64,000 nt of DNA from assembly GCA_965207445.1 (NCBI GenBank), contig CBDBLX010000002.1, positions 288,001-352,000 of the forward strand. Reading direction: 5' to 3'. The position numbers were made by a program, and so were the translations under genes. The notes below the pieces were generated by a model that made no database searches, was not told the DNA's origin, and saw nothing but the letters and a program-made list of their open reading frames with translations. Below, in pieces: positions 31,586 through 42,612 of the stretch; the first letter of the stretch is position 1, and every line of letters starts with the position of its first letter. The stretch comes from Nitrosopumilus sp. (GTDB lineage: Archaea; Thermoproteota; Nitrososphaeria; Nitrososphaerales; Nitrosopumilaceae).

Positions 31586-32895
31586 GTAACAGTTAAACCC
31601 CCTACCTGTACACCTCAACACACATCTACTGCTATGCGATTAAGTTTGGCAAATGATTTAGCTTGCCATGATGGTGTCATGGATATTCTTTACAAGATCC
31701 TTGTCCTGATCATACCACGTCATCATACATGACATCAATATACCATAAACTTCCATTCCTGTTGTACTGCGAAACATCTGACGAATCTTTTTGTGAATCA
31801 CGACGCGCCGCAGTGTTCGTTCGGATTTATTGTTGGTAGGTGGCATGCCCGGATATTTGACAAATGTAAACAGGTCTGGCGCCGCATTGAGTAGTTTACC
31901 ACCAAACGAGTGTTCCTAGTTCTGTATATGTACCTGCAATTGCCATGACGGGATCTATCCAATTGTCTTGCAGTTGTTGATGATCTGTGGTGTCTGGGGG
32001 TAGCTGTTTGGCCTCGTGAAATATGTGCTGGAGTTTTTGGTGTAATTCTACGAAATTGCCGCCTTGCATGGCTGCCAGCAGTTCGGCATCGCGCAAAACA
32101 TGCGCCCAGCAGCGCTGTTTGGTTTTGAATTTGTTGTATGCGGCGTATCCATCCACCACGATTGGAATGTCAAATAACGGACAGTGTATATCTAATACAG
32201 CCGCACCACGTGAGTGAGTAATGACAAAACTGATGCCATATTCGCCTATGAACACCTAATGCATAGCCACGTTTTATGCCTATTTTGACTGGCGTTTCAT
32301 CACCCATCAAATATCTTGTTTTTGCAAGATTTTTTGAGATCTGTTTTGCAGTTGCTGCAAACTTTTCTCTTGCTACTGTTGCAAGAGCGTTCATTATGGT
32401 CACCTTTGAGACCTTTGGAACGCCGACTAGCGTTAGCATGTGTGATATGGAGTTTAGACTGAGTGTTGTAAAGAACATGAATACGATCATGGTCATGAGA
32501 TTGGGGCCAAACATTGAGCCTTTTGTATATCCTTTGGGCATGGTGTTTATTTTGTGGTTGTTGTTTTTGCATTTGCCTTTTGATGATTTAATCTGTTTTT
32601 TTGTGGCTTTGGCTATTTTTGGAGTGTCTATTACCATCTTGCATTCGTGTTTAACATCTACATCTGCACCACCACATTCAGGGCATTTGTCTACTGTATA
32701 GTCAATTTCCTCTGTGACGTCCATATCATATATGGTTGTTTTCTCCTCCTCCCCCTCATCTTCATTCCATTTTTTTCCTTTTGTCTTCTCTTCTAACCCA
32801 TACAGGATTAGACTGACTCCTTTTCTAACCGCTTTGTCGTTGGTTTCATGTGCAATTGCATTTTCGAGTACATAATTGTCAGAATTAGTAATGGC
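31586..32895 (-). mobile_element. Truncated, pseudogenised copy of the IS66 at 45082-47208
   Basis: High identity to 45915-47208, right TIR at 31586, frameshifts/stops; 5' part lost at the 110-bp MITE. Confidence 0.92.
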
Positions 32896-33005
32896 TAATA
32901 GTTTCATTAAAGATCCGATAGTTTTCTAATATTTTGTATTCATAATATGTGCTCAACTTCGAGATGAATATCAATCAAAATACCGGATCTTTAATCATAT
33001 CAGTA
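32896..33005. mobile_element. 110-bp MITE, second copy
   Basis: Reverse-complement match to 11105-11214. Confidence 0.75.
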
Positions 33006-33125
33006 CGTATATGGCGGCGGGTTTGGCAAATTTCTGCCTGTCATCATTTTCAAAACTAGCGATTAGTGCTTTCAATCGCCCTGATACGTGGTTTCTTGTA
33101 TATATCAGCTTCTGGATTCTGCCGG

Positions 33126-33206
33126 GTAACCGTTCAACCTCCGTACTTGCGCCAGACGTTAGACGGTGAATTTGTGCCTAAATTTGAGATGGGGTTGAAC
33201 GGTTAC
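33126..33206. mobile_element. 81-bp IS66-type MITE with 9-bp target duplication
   Basis: TTCTGCCGG on both sides (33117-33125 and 33207-33215). Confidence 0.92.
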
Positions 33207-33498
33207 TTCTGCCGGTCTAGGCTCGGGCCAGTTGTGGCGATTCCGTACCGAGGAATACAGTCTGCCTATTCGAGCATAAAGACATCCAATACGGTGTGAC
33301 AGTGGGCTCATGATGGGCCTCGGGTATGTGTGGGATGTCCTTCTACACTTCACAGGGTCTAGCTGCCACCACCTCCGGGATCATACTTGAGCATTTTTCC
33401 CTTGCAAATTACATGTTTTACAACACGTCCCTAGGTCACAAAGGTGTTACAACAGTGTCCTGAGCTACACATAATACCGCATATTAATTCAGTGTGAC

Positions 33499-34107
33499 AT
33501 GTGGGAATTGGACGAGGCGTTCCGAAGTTTTGCCATTCTGCTTAAGGAGCGGATATGCTCAGGAATACACACAAAGGAAGATTCTGTACGGTATCTGTTT
33601 TTTCACTCTATGACACGTACATTCGACATATCCCCAAATGAAATACTTTTAGAATCCCCGCACCCGGCAGATGGTAAAAAAGAAGTAGATATGATTGTAG
33701 TTTCATCTGAAACTAGGCCCGAATTTGTATTCGAATTCAAGTTTCATAGATACACGGGAAGCATGATGCCGCGTCCAATGAATGCTGGCCAGTTATTCAA
33801 GGACATATTCAGGCTGGCAATGTACAAGCGTCACAATGAAACTAGTAGGTGCTTTGTGGTATACGCGACAGATTCAACTATGAGAAATTATTTTTGTAAG
33901 AAGGGAAATAAATTGAATGATTTTTTCAATCTGGAGATTGATAAAAGTCTGCTAATTGATGAAAATTATGTTAAAAATCATACAAAGACATTCATTGAAT
34001 ATTGTGAATACGTGTGTGATTGCGAGATATCAATGCGCCTGAAGCGAGATTTTGACAACTTATCAATAAGGATTTGTGAGATCGAAAACGTATCTGCTGA
34101 AAATTGA
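33499..34107 (+). CDS. Putative PD-(D/E)XK nuclease-fold protein
   Basis: EDSVRY...ESPHP...EVDMIV...VFEFKFHR...KDIFRL. Confidence 0.7.
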   Translation: MWELDEAFRSFAILLKERICSGIHTKEDSVRYLFFHSMTRTFDISPNEILLESPHPADGKKEVDMIVVSSETRPEFVFEFKFHRYTGSMMPRPMNAGQLFKDIFRLAMYKRHNETSRCFVVYATDSTMRNYFCKKGNKLNDFFNLEIDKSLLIDENYVKNHTKTFIEYCEYVCDCEISMRLKRDFDNLSIRICEIENVSAEN

Positions 34108-34156
34108 TCTAAACACTGTGTTTAGTACGAATAAACATTTTAAGTTGTCTTGTAAG

Positions 34157-36033
34157 GGTTCTCCTGCAAACGCGGTTGGTGGCAATTAATACAGATTTGA
34201 ACCGTTGTAGTCAATCCGGACACGTAACTAGTATTTTGTCGCCACGTATGATAAACTTCAAACCCTCTGGGTTACCAAGTTTGGCAAGGACCGGCTTTGG
34301 AATGTATGAGTAACTGGTACCTCTTTTCACGTTGTGGGTTATAGATACTTGGAATTCAGTTAGCATTGGCAGCCCATTTAGTCATGTTTGTTGTTCTCAG
34401 TACAACGTTATAACGTCACTGACATCGGATTGCGCACGAATGCTTATATATCCAATTGGTGATATATGTATAATGAAACAAAAAATAGTTCAGGAAGAAA
34501 AGGTGGTAGACGAAACTACTCAATCAAGATCAAAAACATTGGAAAATGACAACCCAAAGCCTGGCAAGCAGAGGCGCTCCAAGGCTCAGATTGATGCAAT
34601 TAGGAAAGCAGGCATTCAGATTGCATGCATTGCAGGTGCCATAACTACACTAAGCTCGATTAAATGGACAGTCGCATCGCAAACTGTGCAAGGTCTATTG
34701 TATGTGGTGTCGCTTAGTTCACTTGGAATGAGATGTCAGTGTGAGGCCAATCAAAATGGAAAAAAGATATGCAAGCATGTGGTGGGGGTATACAAGCTCT
34801 TAGACAAAGAGTGGTGGTGTGGGCGTAGAAAAAGGATACAGATTAGGCGCAAAAAATTGAGATGTCAGTATCCAAAATGCAGATCCAAAGATGTGGTAGG
34901 ATGGGGAGAGCGCAAGTGTAAGAGAAAAAGATCTGTGAGGCGATACATGTGCAAAAAATGTGGCCGTACATTTTCTGGAATGGAAGGGTTCAAGGGGCGG
35001 CATTTTGATGCATCCGTAATAGCAAAAGCGTTGTCCATGATGGCAACTAAAATGTCTCCAGAAGAAGTATGTGTGCAGCTTGCAATGGATGAGATCATCA
35101 TAAACCCATCTACAATACATAGGTGGACTGATGAGTATTCGCGAATCATGCTACGATTCTCAAGTTTGCTGTGTCTTGATGCATGGTTTCAGTGGCATGT
35201 CGACGAGTTAGAATTTAAAATACGTAAACAGACCAGATATTTGTTTGGTGTAATGGATGGCGCAAGTCGATTTGTTTTATCCCACGAGATCCTCAAGAAG
35301 AAAAAGGGATCTGATCCCACTAACCTGTTTCAAATGGCTGCTGCCCGTACGCGTAGGCTACCACGCATACTTGTAAGTGATGGACTGCAGGAGTTCATAA
35401 AGCCTGCCAGAAAAGTATTCTTTAGACGGGCTGGATCGGTGTTTGTATACATACGTGAGATACAACACATACAGAGCCTTTTTAATCAAAATAACGTCTA
35501 CGAACGACTCAATGGAGAATTTGAGGATAGATTCAAGTGTGTACGTGGACTAAAATCAGAGGACCCCGGGACTCTTACGTCTGATATAGTATATCATAAC
35601 TTTTTTAGAAAACACACAAGCCTCAAAAACAACATGACGCCTGCCAAGGCAATTGGAATTGACATTATACCAGTAAAAGACTCTGATCTTGCAGATAGTT
35701 GTGATGCTTGGATAACACTCATTCAAAACGCATCCATACGTGCCTCTGCCTGAATTGCCAGACTCTGTACATTACACATCATATACACAAACACTCTCCA
35801 TCTGTTTGTGTTTTGATGCCAAATCAAACTATCATTTTTGGTGTACAATTCAATTTCTTCAAGATGAACCACTCTCGTTTGTCTTTTTGATACTGACTCT
35901 AACTATCCTTATTCCAAACTATCGTCATAGTCATACAAAAAAGTACTAAAAACTTACACTTTTTCAACCTCTAATACCAAATTCAGATAAAAAGTTCACA
36001 TAAACACCGATCAACTGCGTTTGCAAGAGAACC
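34157..36033 (+). mobile_element. IS6-family element
   Basis: TIRs GGTTCTCCTGCAAACGCGGTTG / CAACTGCGTTTGCAAGAGAACC. Confidence 0.85.
34473..35753 (+). CDS. IS6-family DDE transposase with SWIM and zinc-ribbon N-terminus
   Basis: CQC...CKHV (SWIM), CQYPKC...CKKC, WHVDE, VSDG, NNVYERLNG. Confidence 0.85.
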   Translation: MKQKIVQEEKVVDETTQSRSKTLENDNPKPGKQRRSKAQIDAIRKAGIQIACIAGAITTLSSIKWTVASQTVQGLLYVVSLSSLGMRCQCEANQNGKKICKHVVGVYKLLDKEWWCGRRKRIQIRRKKLRCQYPKCRSKDVVGWGERKCKRKRSVRRYMCKKCGRTFSGMEGFKGRHFDASVIAKALSMMATKMSPEEVCVQLAMDEIIINPSTIHRWTDEYSRIMLRFSSLLCLDAWFQWHVDELEFKIRKQTRYLFGVMDGASRFVLSHEILKKKKGSDPTNLFQMAAARTRRLPRILVSDGLQEFIKPARKVFFRRAGSVFVYIREIQHIQSLFNQNNVYERLNGEFEDRFKCVRGLKSEDPGTLTSDIVYHNFFRKHTSLKNNMTPAKAIGIDIIPVKDSDLADSCDAWITLIQNASIRASA

Positions 36034-36206
36034 ATGGTGAGTATTCTTTTTGTGCCTTCTGAATTGTCGTTTTGGCATGGAAGTGTGACGTGCAGGCGGT
36101 CCAAAAGGATTCTAGCTGGATTCTATCACGATCTATAATATGTACGGTGATTTTCTGGGAAAATTCTGGACAGCACATCACAGTAAGAAAAGCGTTTAAG
36201 CATCAC

Positions 36207-36731
36207 TTACCAATTTGGCGGTGGAGCCCCATGAGCCTGTATGTGACTATTATATTCTCTACATAGGTTTCTTACATCAAATATGTGCCATATGAATAGG
36301 ACCAACCCTATTATTAGTAGGAATATGCCAACAACAAATACTATTGTGGCTACACCCACCCAAACCAGTACTGCCGTGCCTATTAGCAATGCTATCCCTC
36401 TGCTTATTTTTCCTATGTAGACATGTCCTATTCCACTGAGTCCTAGTATGCCAATCACGATGGCAAGTACCAGTGCTGTTCCCTCATTTTTGTACATTGC
36501 AGGAGATGTCCCTGAAGACGGATTTTGAGGAGTTATGTTGGATGGGTTAGCAACGGTCTTGGCATGACCACATTGCGGGCACTGGGCATATTTGTCACCC
36601 AGCGGAGATCCGCAGTTTGAACAGAACCCGTTGATATTCTGAGACGAACTGGTAGGGGTTCCACATGAATTGCACGAGTGCAATCCGGCCGGAACGATAG
36701 CTCCACAGTTTGAACACGTGGTGGAGCCCAT
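36207..36731 (-). CDS. Double zinc-ribbon plus TM2-like membrane protein
   Basis: Four CxxC pairs; KNEGTALVLAIVIGILGLSGIGHVYIG. Confidence 0.82.
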   Translation of the reverse strand: MGSTTCSNCGAIVPAGLHSCNSCGTPTSSSQNINGFCSNCGSPLGDKYAQCPQCGHAKTVANPSNITPQNPSSGTSPAMYKNEGTALVLAIVIGILGLSGIGHVYIGKISRGIALLIGTAVLVWVGVATIVFVVGIFLLIIGLVLFIWHIFDVRNLCREYNSHIQAHGAPPPNW

Positions 36732-37203
36732 AGTAGAATGAATGAATTGCAGTATAAAAGGTAATACGTAAAGGTATTGGTGCGAATTCGTGACCTGTTA
36801 GGCGTCTTAGCAGGGCCGCGCTTGTGACAAAGTGAGCAATACAATCCATTCCAATCTCCGTTGACAATGTATTCTCATACTTTGTACTAATGCCACCGTC
36901 ATCAGAGTCAGAATTGAGACACTCCGTCTTGTCTGATATGCAAGATCGTTTGATCGACTATTCAGAACTAAAGCGTACGTTCGACATGGCAGAGTGAGGC
37001 AAGGGCATAAGTGCTAAAGACATGCGCGGTTTGGACCACTATCTAAAGAACATGACAAGATAGTCTCGTTTGACAGAATCTGTAAAGAGATCGGTCGCTG
37101 AATGTTACATAGGCCTCATCGAAGGGGGGGGGGGGGGGAAGAGGCCGAACGGTTACTTGACTATTGATAATATATTTTTATTTCATATCTGTACTTAATA
37201 ATT

Positions 37204-38121
37204 ATGGCTGATTTTGAATTAGAAACCAAAATTTTGGGTATTTTGTATGAACAATGGTGGCGTGACCCAATAATGGGATGTGCGAAACAGACTATATGTG
37301 AAACAGTAAATACAGAAGAAAATAGAGTAGGTCAGGCGTTACAAATTCTTGAAAGTCAGTGGTACGTTGAAAGAGACATCCGGTGGTATAAAATAACTAC
37401 TCCTTCGGGAATTGAAGCATATGAAGAAGTTTTATCGCCTTCATCTCTTGCAAAAAAAGAAGCACAAAGAAAAAAAATTCTCACATTTCTAGAACCATAT
37501 TATGATCAAGATATTGATGCATGTATATCTCGCGATGAATTAGTAGCAGCGATAGGAATCGAAGATCATGATGAATTATATTCTCAAATGAAGTATTTGG
37601 AGAGTAAAGAATATGTTAAGCTGGACATGTTTATAGGGGGAAATTTTTGGGTAAAATTATTGGCATCGGGAAAGTTACTATTAGATAACTATGACCCCCA
37701 AAATTATCAGCCAATGACTAATGCATATAGACGTCTATTTATTGTTGAAAATCGTCTTCGAAAGTTTATTGAAACGAAATTAGCAGAACATTACGGTACT
37801 GATTGGTGGAACAAAGGAATAAGTGGTAAATTGCGTACTTTAGCTGATGATAGACAACATGCCGAACAACAACAAGGCTGGCAAGTATCTATAACCGAGA
37901 GTAATTTGGAATATCTTTCATTTACACATCTAAGCAAGATTATTACCAATAACTGGAGTGAAATATTCGAACCAATTTTTCGTAATCAGTCTAAAATTGC
38001 ATTGCCGTTAAAAGAATTAGAAGACATACGAAATGCAATTGCTCATACTAGAACGTTGACAGATGATGCAATGAATAGATTAGAGCAATACTGTGGAGAC
38101 ATTTCTAATTTGACAAAATAA
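37204..38121 (+). CDS. Tandem wHTH plus Swt1-like HEPN domain protein
   Basis: AYRRLFIVENRLRKFI...YGTDWW...YLSFTHLSKIITNNW...LEDIRNAIAH (RxxxxH). Confidence 0.82.
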   Translation: MADFELETKILGILYEQWWRDPIMGCAKQTICETVNTEENRVGQALQILESQWYVERDIRWYKITTPSGIEAYEEVLSPSSLAKKEAQRKKILTFLEPYYDQDIDACISRDELVAAIGIEDHDELYSQMKYLESKEYVKLDMFIGGNFWVKLLASGKLLLDNYDPQNYQPMTNAYRRLFIVENRLRKFIETKLAEHYGTDWWNKGISGKLRTLADDRQHAEQQQGWQVSITESNLEYLSFTHLSKIITNNWSEIFEPIFRNQSKIALPLKELEDIRNAIAHTRTLTDDAMNRLEQYCGDISNLTK

Positions 38122-38338
38122 GTGACTGAATACATGTTAGCTCCGTTGTCCATAGCTGCGGTGATGGAATGACTCTTGACGGAGCGTGAGTTTCGAGCCT
38201 TCGGGCTTGAGTGGCCCCACATCCCCCTAGCTTGCAGCTGCCCGCCCTGCCGCAGTGAGGCATCGCACTTTGCGCAAAGCGCTTCCATACGCATTCATGA
38301 TCCCGGTTCCACAAATCCGCCCGCGTTTGGTATGAACG

Positions 38339-38365
38339 ACCAACAACCGCGTTTGCGAGAGAACC
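38339..38365 (-). mobile_element. Isolated IS6-type terminal inverted repeat
   Basis: CAACCGCGTTTGCGAGAGAACC matches the TIR at 36012-36033. Confidence 0.7.
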
Positions 38366-39129
38366 TTACTCGATAACCGGACACCAGATCATACTTGAAT
38401 CATACACAACTCCAAGCAATGCAAGTGACACATCAATGCTTCCATATATGATCAACTTTCTTGTAAAAAACTATACACAGATTGAAGAGTGCTTATTCAA
38501 CGGAGACAAGAGATACATTCGGATCAAAACTGCGAGACAATATTCAATGCAAACATAAAACCGAACATAAAACAGCGCAATCACACAGATGGCGCAGGTC
38601 ATACAAACCGTGGCAAACCACCAAGCAGAAAAAAGGCAGCGGAGATCTTTGACAAAGATGCATACAAACAACGCGCACTTATCGAGGCAATATTTGGAGC
38701 AGTAGAAGAGTAACCGTTCAACCCCCGTTACCTGCACAAGAAGTTAGACTGTGAATCTGTGCCTAAACTTGAGAAGGGGTTGAACGGTTACGTAGAAGAG
38801 ACAAAGAATCACAGGCTACACTGTCGTATGCGTCTGGCCGAAAACAGAAAGCGGTTTGGTAAAATATTATCGATTGCATGGAATATCAACGCCCTGAACA
38901 GATTTATCTGCGCTCATGAAAAAGGGCAAAAGATTCCATCATACCAATGATAGTGACTGCTATCACACTTGCACGTTTTATGTTCTATAATCTGTCTGCT
39001 AAAACACACATGTATATTCAAAAACAAAACGCACTATAGATAGATTTCAGTCTTTTGTAGATTGAATGTACAATAAACCAAGCTCACAGAAGGGTCACAG
39101 GCAGGCCTAATGTCAATTACGCACCAACC
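38366..39129 (+). mobile_element. 3' part of the IS5-like element; transposase pseudogene interrupted by a MITE
   Basis: YKQRALIEAIFGAVEE|TKNHRLHCRMRLAENRKRFGKILSIAWNI; right TIR AATTACGCACCAACC at 39115-39129. Confidence 0.8.
38710..38791. mobile_element. 82-bp IS66-type MITE with 8-bp target duplication
   Basis: GTAGAAGA on both sides; removing the MITE restores the host transposase frame. Confidence 0.92.
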
Positions 39130-39176
39130 TCCCCGATCACTATAATACTTAAAGCAAGGCAGCGCATAGGCTATGT

Positions 39177-40136
39177 GTGAAAAAGTATTGCGTATCGTGG
39201 TGGAATGTTGAGAATCTTTTTGACTCTCAGTATGCATCACGTGAGGACAAGCTTAAGCGTGTGCTTGGAAAGGAGTTAAAGGGGTGGAACAACACCGTTC
39301 TGAACAAAAAGATATCACAGTTATCAAAAATAATAGCGCAGCTAAATGGAGGTGCCGGGCCTGACATTTTGGGAGTATGCGAGGTGGAGAGCAGGAAAGT
39401 GTTGAACAAATTAGTGGACAAAATCCCTCTTCGGAGAAATTATGAGATTGCACACGATGATGGAAAGGATAATCGTGGGGTTGATACCGCGTTCATTTAC
39501 GACGCAGATTCATTTGAGTTGAAGGGAAACTTTTCGCATTTTATTGTAAAAAGAAACGCAACACGGGATCTGTTTCAGGTGAATCTAGGGATAAAAGAGA
39601 GCGGCAAGCTGCTGGTACTGGTGGGGAATCACTGGCCTGCAAGAATTGGCGGAACGTTTGGTTCTGAGCCCTACAGACTAATAGCGGGTGAGACTCTGGC
39701 ATATTTCCACGAAAGAATAGTAGAAGTGCACGGAAAAGATGTCGCAGTAATCGCAATGGGGGATTTTAATGACGAACCATTTAGCCGCTCCGTAGTGGAG
39801 CACGCACGGGCCACAAATTCTAGGGGACGGGTACTGCGATCTAGAAAACCTATGTTCTACAATCTGATGTGGCCACTGATGGCACACGGACTTGGCACCC
39901 ACTACTATGGCGGGACAGGTTCAGTTCTTGACCAGATGATGGTCTCAAAAGGATTATTGCGCGGCAAAGATACTGGAATGTCAGTCAAACCAGATTCGAT
40001 AAGAATTGAGGGTTTGTCTGAGATGGCCTGCAAAGGTAAACCGTGCAGATTTGGCAGACCTTCCAAAAAAAGTACTTATAATGAGAATGGATTTTCGGAT
40101 CACTTTCCCATATCAGTCACACTCGAATCTTATTGA
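39177..40136 (+). CDS. Endonuclease/exonuclease/phosphatase (EEP) family protein
   Basis: WNVENLFD, ILGVCEVE, NHWPAR, MGDFNDEP, LDQMMVS and FSDHFP motifs. Confidence 0.92.
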   Translation: MKKYCVSWWNVENLFDSQYASREDKLKRVLGKELKGWNNTVLNKKISQLSKIIAQLNGGAGPDILGVCEVESRKVLNKLVDKIPLRRNYEIAHDDGKDNRGVDTAFIYDADSFELKGNFSHFIVKRNATRDLFQVNLGIKESGKLLVLVGNHWPARIGGTFGSEPYRLIAGETLAYFHERIVEVHGKDVAVIAMGDFNDEPFSRSVVEHARATNSRGRVLRSRKPMFYNLMWPLMAHGLGTHYYGGTGSVLDQMMVSKGLLRGKDTGMSVKPDSIRIEGLSEMACKGKPCRFGRPSKKSTYNENGFSDHFPISVTLESY

Positions 40137-40277
40137 TGGCGCACAGATTTTAGAGTCGTCTCATCGTATAATCTCAGGTCAAATTCTACCGTGCTGCAGT
40201 TCATATGACGGCGACTCGCCGTCGTGTCATCCTTTTGGCACCAGTCACATTAGTTTCATATATCATAGACAAGAAGT

Positions 40278-42293
40278 TTGTTAATGGTACGCCTAAACAG
40301 CCTAACTTGTTCGGGGCTATTTTCATACGCGTCTGAATCCACTATAGACTTCTCAGAACACGTTGTGATTGTTGGCCCAAACAATGCAGGCAAATCGAAT
40401 CTGTTCAGGGTCATACAAGTTTTGTCCGACACCCTTTCTGGCATCAAGGATAATCTCTCAGGCTCTGAAACATCACCATGTGCAAGTGATCCCTATGTCG
40501 AGGCGGAGGTTCAGCTGTCTTTCGATGAATGCCAAATTCTTTCAGAGTTTTTTGCGTACCATCTCATAGATCACGGAGGCGGAGGTAATGTTGAGTTACG
40601 CATACAGTCGTTGCCTGACCAATCTAAAATCTCGCATTTTTTTGACAGTATAAAAATACGAATCAAATGGGAAAAAACCCCGGAGAATCTGGCAGTCAAT
40701 CCGTATATACATATCCAGTTTTTGAAATGCGGATTCAAATTGAGTGGTTCATTAAGTGGAGGCATATTCACAGCTCAGCAGGATGAATCGACGCTTCAAT
40801 CAGAAACAATTACCATACCATTTAATAAATTCTTGATTCAGATTTTTTCAAACAGTGATAATCCCGAGAAGGGCGCCGCATCGTTTTTTACAGACAAAAT
40901 TGCGATTCATAAACCTGTTTCCTTTTCATCTAACATCATTAACAAGCTTTCTGAGGAGGAAAAAGTGAGAGTTCGAGATTTATTATACCAGCTGCAACAG
41001 AAAATAAACTGCGATACATTCAGTCTATCTCGCGTATTTGGGGCAATACTATCAGAGGGAATTGTTTATGCTTCGGAAAATAGAAATTTGCTGCGTAAGC
41101 CATACATAGAACTATTTAAGAAGATATACGCCGAAGATAATAATGATAAGAATGCAAATGAATACAACAAAATGTTGGAAACATCTATTCTGTATGTGAG
41201 TATGGAATACACCACGACGCTAGAGCATGATGGCAGTAACATAGCACAGCTTCTTTTTAGCTTGAAAAACTCTCCTCATCTCTCCGACAAAAATAGATTT
41301 CAAACCATCCAGAAGGAGTTTAAAAATATATTCCACAGCCAGAATCTGGGTGTAGATGTCAGTTTACAGTATGCATCAAGACGCAGAACCCGGTTTGGGT
41401 CATACAACAACATTCCAATCTTTCCTGAAATCTATATCACGGAATCAGGACTGCCAGAACACATACCACTGGATCAGGTTGGTGGAGGAGTTCGCGGAGT
41501 ACTCTATCTGCTGACAGCAGTACACGGAGTTAAGAACTCTATAGTGTTACTAGATGAGCCCGGTATCAACCTTCATCCATCAATGCTTAAAGCGGTTGTT
41601 AGTACGATCAAGTCATCAAATACCAACAATCAGTTCTTCATTATCACTCATTCTCCAGAGCTTTTATCTAACGAGATGTTTGATGAGGGCAACGACGTAG
41701 TTTACATCAAAAAGATGAATAATCAGAGTGGAATTTATAGTTTGGATAATGAGACCAAAAAAGAATTCATAACCGAGCGACGTAGACTCCGACACCAGAT
41801 TGACCAGAGAATATTTTTTGCTAATCTCGTAATTTTGACGGAGGGTGAATCCGACCGGAACTTACTAGAAATAACAAACGATTTGGCAAATAATGATTCC
41901 AAGTATGATTTGTCGCTAAAGGATATAATAATAATTAGTGTGAACAGCAAATACAATTTTCCAAAATATGTCAGGTTGTTAAAAGCATTTGAAATACCTT
42001 ATATAATCTTGGCCGATTGTGATGCAAAAACAGACATATTTCAAAACGAGCCGACGGGAGAGATTTCCGCAAACGAGATAAAATCAAATGGGTGTATTTT
42101 TCTAATCAATCATGATCTTGAAAACCTAATGAAAGAAACTGACCAGCGCATATTCAAACAAGTCAACAAAGGTAAAAAATCCAAGGTGGTGGTGGTATTG
42201 GAGTTTTGCAAGCTAATGCGCGAAAAAGATCCAGAAAAACCCATTCTTGAGCCCATTGTAAAGTTTTTGGATCATTGTGTAAGTAAAGTGTAA
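40278..42293 (+). CDS. OLD-family ATP-dependent nuclease (ABC ATPase plus TOPRIM)
   Basis: Walker A GPNNAGKS, LLDEPGINLHP, IITHSP; TOPRIM LTEGESD and ILADCD. Confidence 0.9.
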   Translation: MLMVRLNSLTCSGLFSYASESTIDFSEHVVIVGPNNAGKSNLFRVIQVLSDTLSGIKDNLSGSETSPCASDPYVEAEVQLSFDECQILSEFFAYHLIDHGGGGNVELRIQSLPDQSKISHFFDSIKIRIKWEKTPENLAVNPYIHIQFLKCGFKLSGSLSGGIFTAQQDESTLQSETITIPFNKFLIQIFSNSDNPEKGAASFFTDKIAIHKPVSFSSNIINKLSEEEKVRVRDLLYQLQQKINCDTFSLSRVFGAILSEGIVYASENRNLLRKPYIELFKKIYAEDNNDKNANEYNKMLETSILYVSMEYTTTLEHDGSNIAQLLFSLKNSPHLSDKNRFQTIQKEFKNIFHSQNLGVDVSLQYASRRRTRFGSYNNIPIFPEIYITESGLPEHIPLDQVGGGVRGVLYLLTAVHGVKNSIVLLDEPGINLHPSMLKAVVSTIKSSNTNNQFFIITHSPELLSNEMFDEGNDVVYIKKMNNQSGIYSLDNETKKEFITERRRLRHQIDQRIFFANLVILTEGESDRNLLEITNDLANNDSKYDLSLKDIIIISVNSKYNFPKYVRLLKAFEIPYIILADCDAKTDIFQNEPTGEISANEIKSNGCIFLINHDLENLMKETDQRIFKQVNKGKKSKVVVVLEFCKLMREKDPEKPILEPIVKFLDHCVSKV

Positions 42294-42445
42294 GGATCGT
42301 GGAAGTATTAGATTGTCGGGACAGGCTGCTTACGTGTACGGTACAAAAGAGAAGGCAAGCGTTCACACTCCTCCTCCTAGCTATAGCGACGAGCATAAGT
42401 TCCTGTACAATGAATTTTTGTGATTTCGTGTCTGAAATAACCACA

Positions 42446-42612
42446 TCAGTAGTTCAGAATGTGCTCAATTTTTAATGATCTTATTTTTAATTATACAGTG
42501 CGGCAGATTTACAATGGCAAGGAACCACTGTGCTCTAATTCCCACCAAAGCAGTCTTCTGATTGATCCGGCAATTGAATCCATAAATAATCCATTATGAA
42601 TAATTTTCCACC
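42446..42612. mobile_element. Stub of the degenerate ISH3-like family, cut by a second ISH3
   Basis: Matches the reverse complement of 27538-27704. Confidence 0.8.
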
